Virus record (IMG/VR): IMGVR_UViG_3300012933_000178
Location: 1 to 32,940 of that record
DNA from: a virus
Direction: 5' to 3' (one strand)
DNA: 32,940 bases
Part shown: piece after piece, positions 31,588 to 32,940 of the stretch
Layout: each line of letters begins with the position of its first letter
How positions within the stretch are numbered: position 1 is the first letter of the stretch
Made by a program: the position numbers and the translations under genes
Notes under the pieces: generated by a model
Databases searched by the model: none
Told to the model about the DNA's origin: nothing
Seen by the model: only the letters and a program-made list of their open reading frames with translations

Positions 31588-31759
31588 TGACCGATACAGG
31601 TATCACTGCCAAGACCCTGCCAACTGGCCGCAGAAACGCTGCCAACGCCCTGACTGCCTGTTTACCCAGGATTGTCCAGATTATTTAGTCGCACCTGTAT
31701 TGGAGAAACAAATTGTCCAACAACCACAACAACCAGCTTCTGACGCCAGAGCAAATTGA
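31538..31759 (+). CDS. Cys-rich lipoprotein (73 aa precursor).
   Basis: Signal peptide MKKLLLISLLLTVTAC has the lipobox V-T-A-C. The mature part has 5 further Cys and is Pro/Gln-rich. It overlaps the upstream ORF by 50 nt. Confidence 0.6.
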   Translation: MKKLLLISLLLTVTACDDRYRYHCQDPANWPQKRCQRPDCLFTQDCPDYLVAPVLEKQIVQQPQQPASDARAN

Positions 31760-32198
31760 AGTTAGGGTATGGGCCACGGTTGTCGTCGTGGTTACATTCG
31801 TCCTGGCTGGCATCGTTGCCTTCATGCTGTACAGCCTGGCCTTCGTCACGCAGCCGATCAAGTCCATGGCTCCCATGGATCAGGCTTTTGCAAAGATGCT
31901 CAACGACATCGTGCTGCTGATTGTTGGCGGCATCGGTGGTGTGATGAGCAAGAAGGGTGTGCAGTCTGTTTCCGAAAAGATCGCAGCATCCCCACAGCCC
32001 CAAGCCGTAGCGCCTAGCACTAGCCCAGCGCCTACGGCTTCGACGGGCATGTTTGATTTCAACTTCGGTGGCTTCAAGAATCCGCAGCTTGATGAAGAGT
32101 GGCGTGCGCCACCACCACCGACAACGCCTGCAGATTTCATTGATCCAGCCAAGGAAGAGATCGCGCATGAGCGTGCCATGGCGAAAGGTGAGACATGA
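31713..32198 (+). CDS. Holin candidate (161 aa, two TMDs, long Pro-rich C-terminal tail). The TTG start is uncertain.
   Basis: TMDs: WATVVVVVTFVLAGIVAFMLYSLAFV and IVLLIVGGIGGVM. It lies immediately upstream of Rz with an ATGA overlap. Confidence 0.5.
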   Translation: MSNNHNNQLLTPEQIEVRVWATVVVVVTFVLAGIVAFMLYSLAFVTQPIKSMAPMDQAFAKMLNDIVLLIVGGIGGVMSKKGVQSVSEKIAASPQPQAVAPSTSPAPTASTGMFDFNFGGFKNPQLDEEWRAPPPPTTPADFIDPAKEEIAHERAMAKGET

Positions 32199-32665
32199 TC
32201 CCACTACCAAGATCTGTTTACATAGCACTGGCCATCGTCGTGGTGGTCTTTGGTCTGTATCGTTATGGCCACCACGCTGGATGGTCTGACAGAGACAAGG
32301 AGATGCAGGCCGAGATCGCTGCCAAGAACGAGGAGGTTCGGCAGGCAGAGCACAAGCTGAATGAGCAGCTTGCTGCAACATCAACAAAACTGAATGAGGC
32401 AAACGATGCAATTACTGAAAAACAAACTGCTCTTGACCGTGCCATTCGTGCTGGGCGGGTGCGCCTCCCCACCACAAGTTGCCTACAAGCCGCTGCAGGT
32501 GCCACCCCTGCCAGCGGGAATCAACAAGCAGGAAGCGAATCTGACGCAGAGACTCTCCGACTTATTGCTCAAATCGTCGCCGACGGTGACCGCGCCATCA
32601 ACCAGCTCAACGCCTGCATCGCAGCCTACGAGCAAGTAAGAGAGGCAGCAAATGGTCAACGCTGA
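32195..32665 (+). CDS. Rz: i-spanin (Rz-like, 156 aa).
   Basis: N-terminal TMD YIALAIVVVVFGLY, periplasmic coiled coils, and Rz-like LDRAIRAGRVRL and ADGDRAINQLNACIAAYE. It contains an embedded lipoprotein ORF. Confidence 0.82.
   Translation: MIPLPRSVYIALAIVVVVFGLYRYGHHAGWSDRDKEMQAEIAAKNEEVRQAEHKLNEQLAATSTKLNEANDAITEKQTALDRAIRAGRVRLPTTSCLQAAAGATPASGNQQAGSESDAETLRLIAQIVADGDRAINQLNACIAAYEQVREAANGQR
32406..32639 (+). CDS. Rz1: o-spanin (Rz1-like lipoprotein, 77 aa), embedded in the +1 frame of Rz.
   Basis: MQLLKNKLLLTVPFVLGGC has the lipobox L-G-G-C. The mature part is Pro-rich. GAGG lies 6 nt upstream of ATG 32406. Confidence 0.8.
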   Translation: MQLLKNKLLLTVPFVLGGCASPPQVAYKPLQVPPLPAGINKQEANLTQRLSDLLLKSSPTVTAPSTSSTPASQPTSK

Positions 32666-32940
32666 ACAACTAGCCAAGCTGCACATCGGCCCTGAGTGGG
32701 TCGATCCATTGAATGAGTGCTTCACCAGGTTTGACATTGACACAGTGCTCAGACAAGCTGCCTTCATTGGGCAGTGTGGCCATGAGTGTGGCAACTTCAA
32801 AGTGCTCAGAGAAAATCTGAACTATCGCGCAGCCACACTGATGAAGCTGTGGCCAAAGCGCTTTCCAACTTTGGAAATTGCAAACCAGTACGCAGGTCAG
32901 CCGAAGCGTATCGCCAACAAGGTTTACGCAGACCGTATGG
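32652..32940 (+). CDS. Endolysin, GH19 family; N-terminal part, continued at 1-359.
   Basis: AGAGG RBS. AAFIGQCGHECGNF contains the GH19 catalytic Glu context. The frame runs off the window end and resumes at nt 3. Confidence 0.88.
   Translation, partial: MVNAEQLAKLHIGPEWVDPLNECFTRFDIDTVLRQAAFIGQCGHECGNFKVLRENLNYRAATLMKLWPKRFPTLEIANQYAGQPKRIANKVYADRM
32893..32940. repeat. Terminal direct repeat, copy 2 (identical to 1-48).
   Basis: Exact 48/48 identity with the window start. Confidence 0.95.

Noticed and set aside
31662-32411. 249-aa minus-strand ORF across the lysis cassette.
   Set aside because: It is antisense to the holin candidate and Rz, which have strong structural signatures (TMDs, lipobox, Rz motifs).

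Overview
The window is a complete tailed-phage genome in circular or circularly permuted form. The first 48 nt are repeated exactly at the end (1-48 = 32893-32940), giving a unique length of 32,892 bp. A GH19-type endolysin gene reads straight across that junction. Coding density is very high, with many ATGA/TGATG stop-start overlaps.

Layout:
(i) A leftward early operon (353-4000, minus strand) encodes a RecT-family annealase, a YqaJ-type exonuclease, a small serine recombinase and small membrane or unknown ORFs.
(ii) An AT-rich divergent promoter region lies at 4001-4176.
(iii) A rightward early operon (4177-8068) encodes an RHH regulator, an HNH_3-like protein with a C-terminal HTH, a RuvC-like resolvase and several small ORFs. 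It ends with a winged-helix replication-initiator-like protein whose gene contains iteron-like repeats next to an AT-rich tract.
(iv) A roughly 380-bp repeat-bearing non-coding region lies at 8069-8450.
(v) One long rightward late operon (8451 to 359 across the junction) starts with a mini SSB-like protein, TerS and TerL. It continues in T7-like order: portal, scaffold, capsid, tubular A/B, internal virion proteins and tail fibres. It ends with membrane proteins and a lysis cassette (holin candidate, embedded Rz/Rz1, GH19 endolysin).

I saw no DNA or RNA polymerase, helicase, primase, tyrosine integrase, CI-like repressor, tRNA, CRISPR array or recognisable bacterial defence system.

Most notable observations:
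- an ART-PolyVal-like ADP-ribosyltransferase domain fused to a protein in the ejection-protein cluster;
- a lambda-O-style origin candidate inside the initiator gene;
- a 96-aa protein ending in the host-SSB tip DDDIPF;
- a repeat-flanked paralogous ORF between terS and terL;
- a second TMD plus Cys-rich lipoprotein pair upstream of the canonical spanins;
- an unusual four-gene block between TerL and portal.

All functional calls come from motif recognition by eye and gene order. None has been verified by database search.
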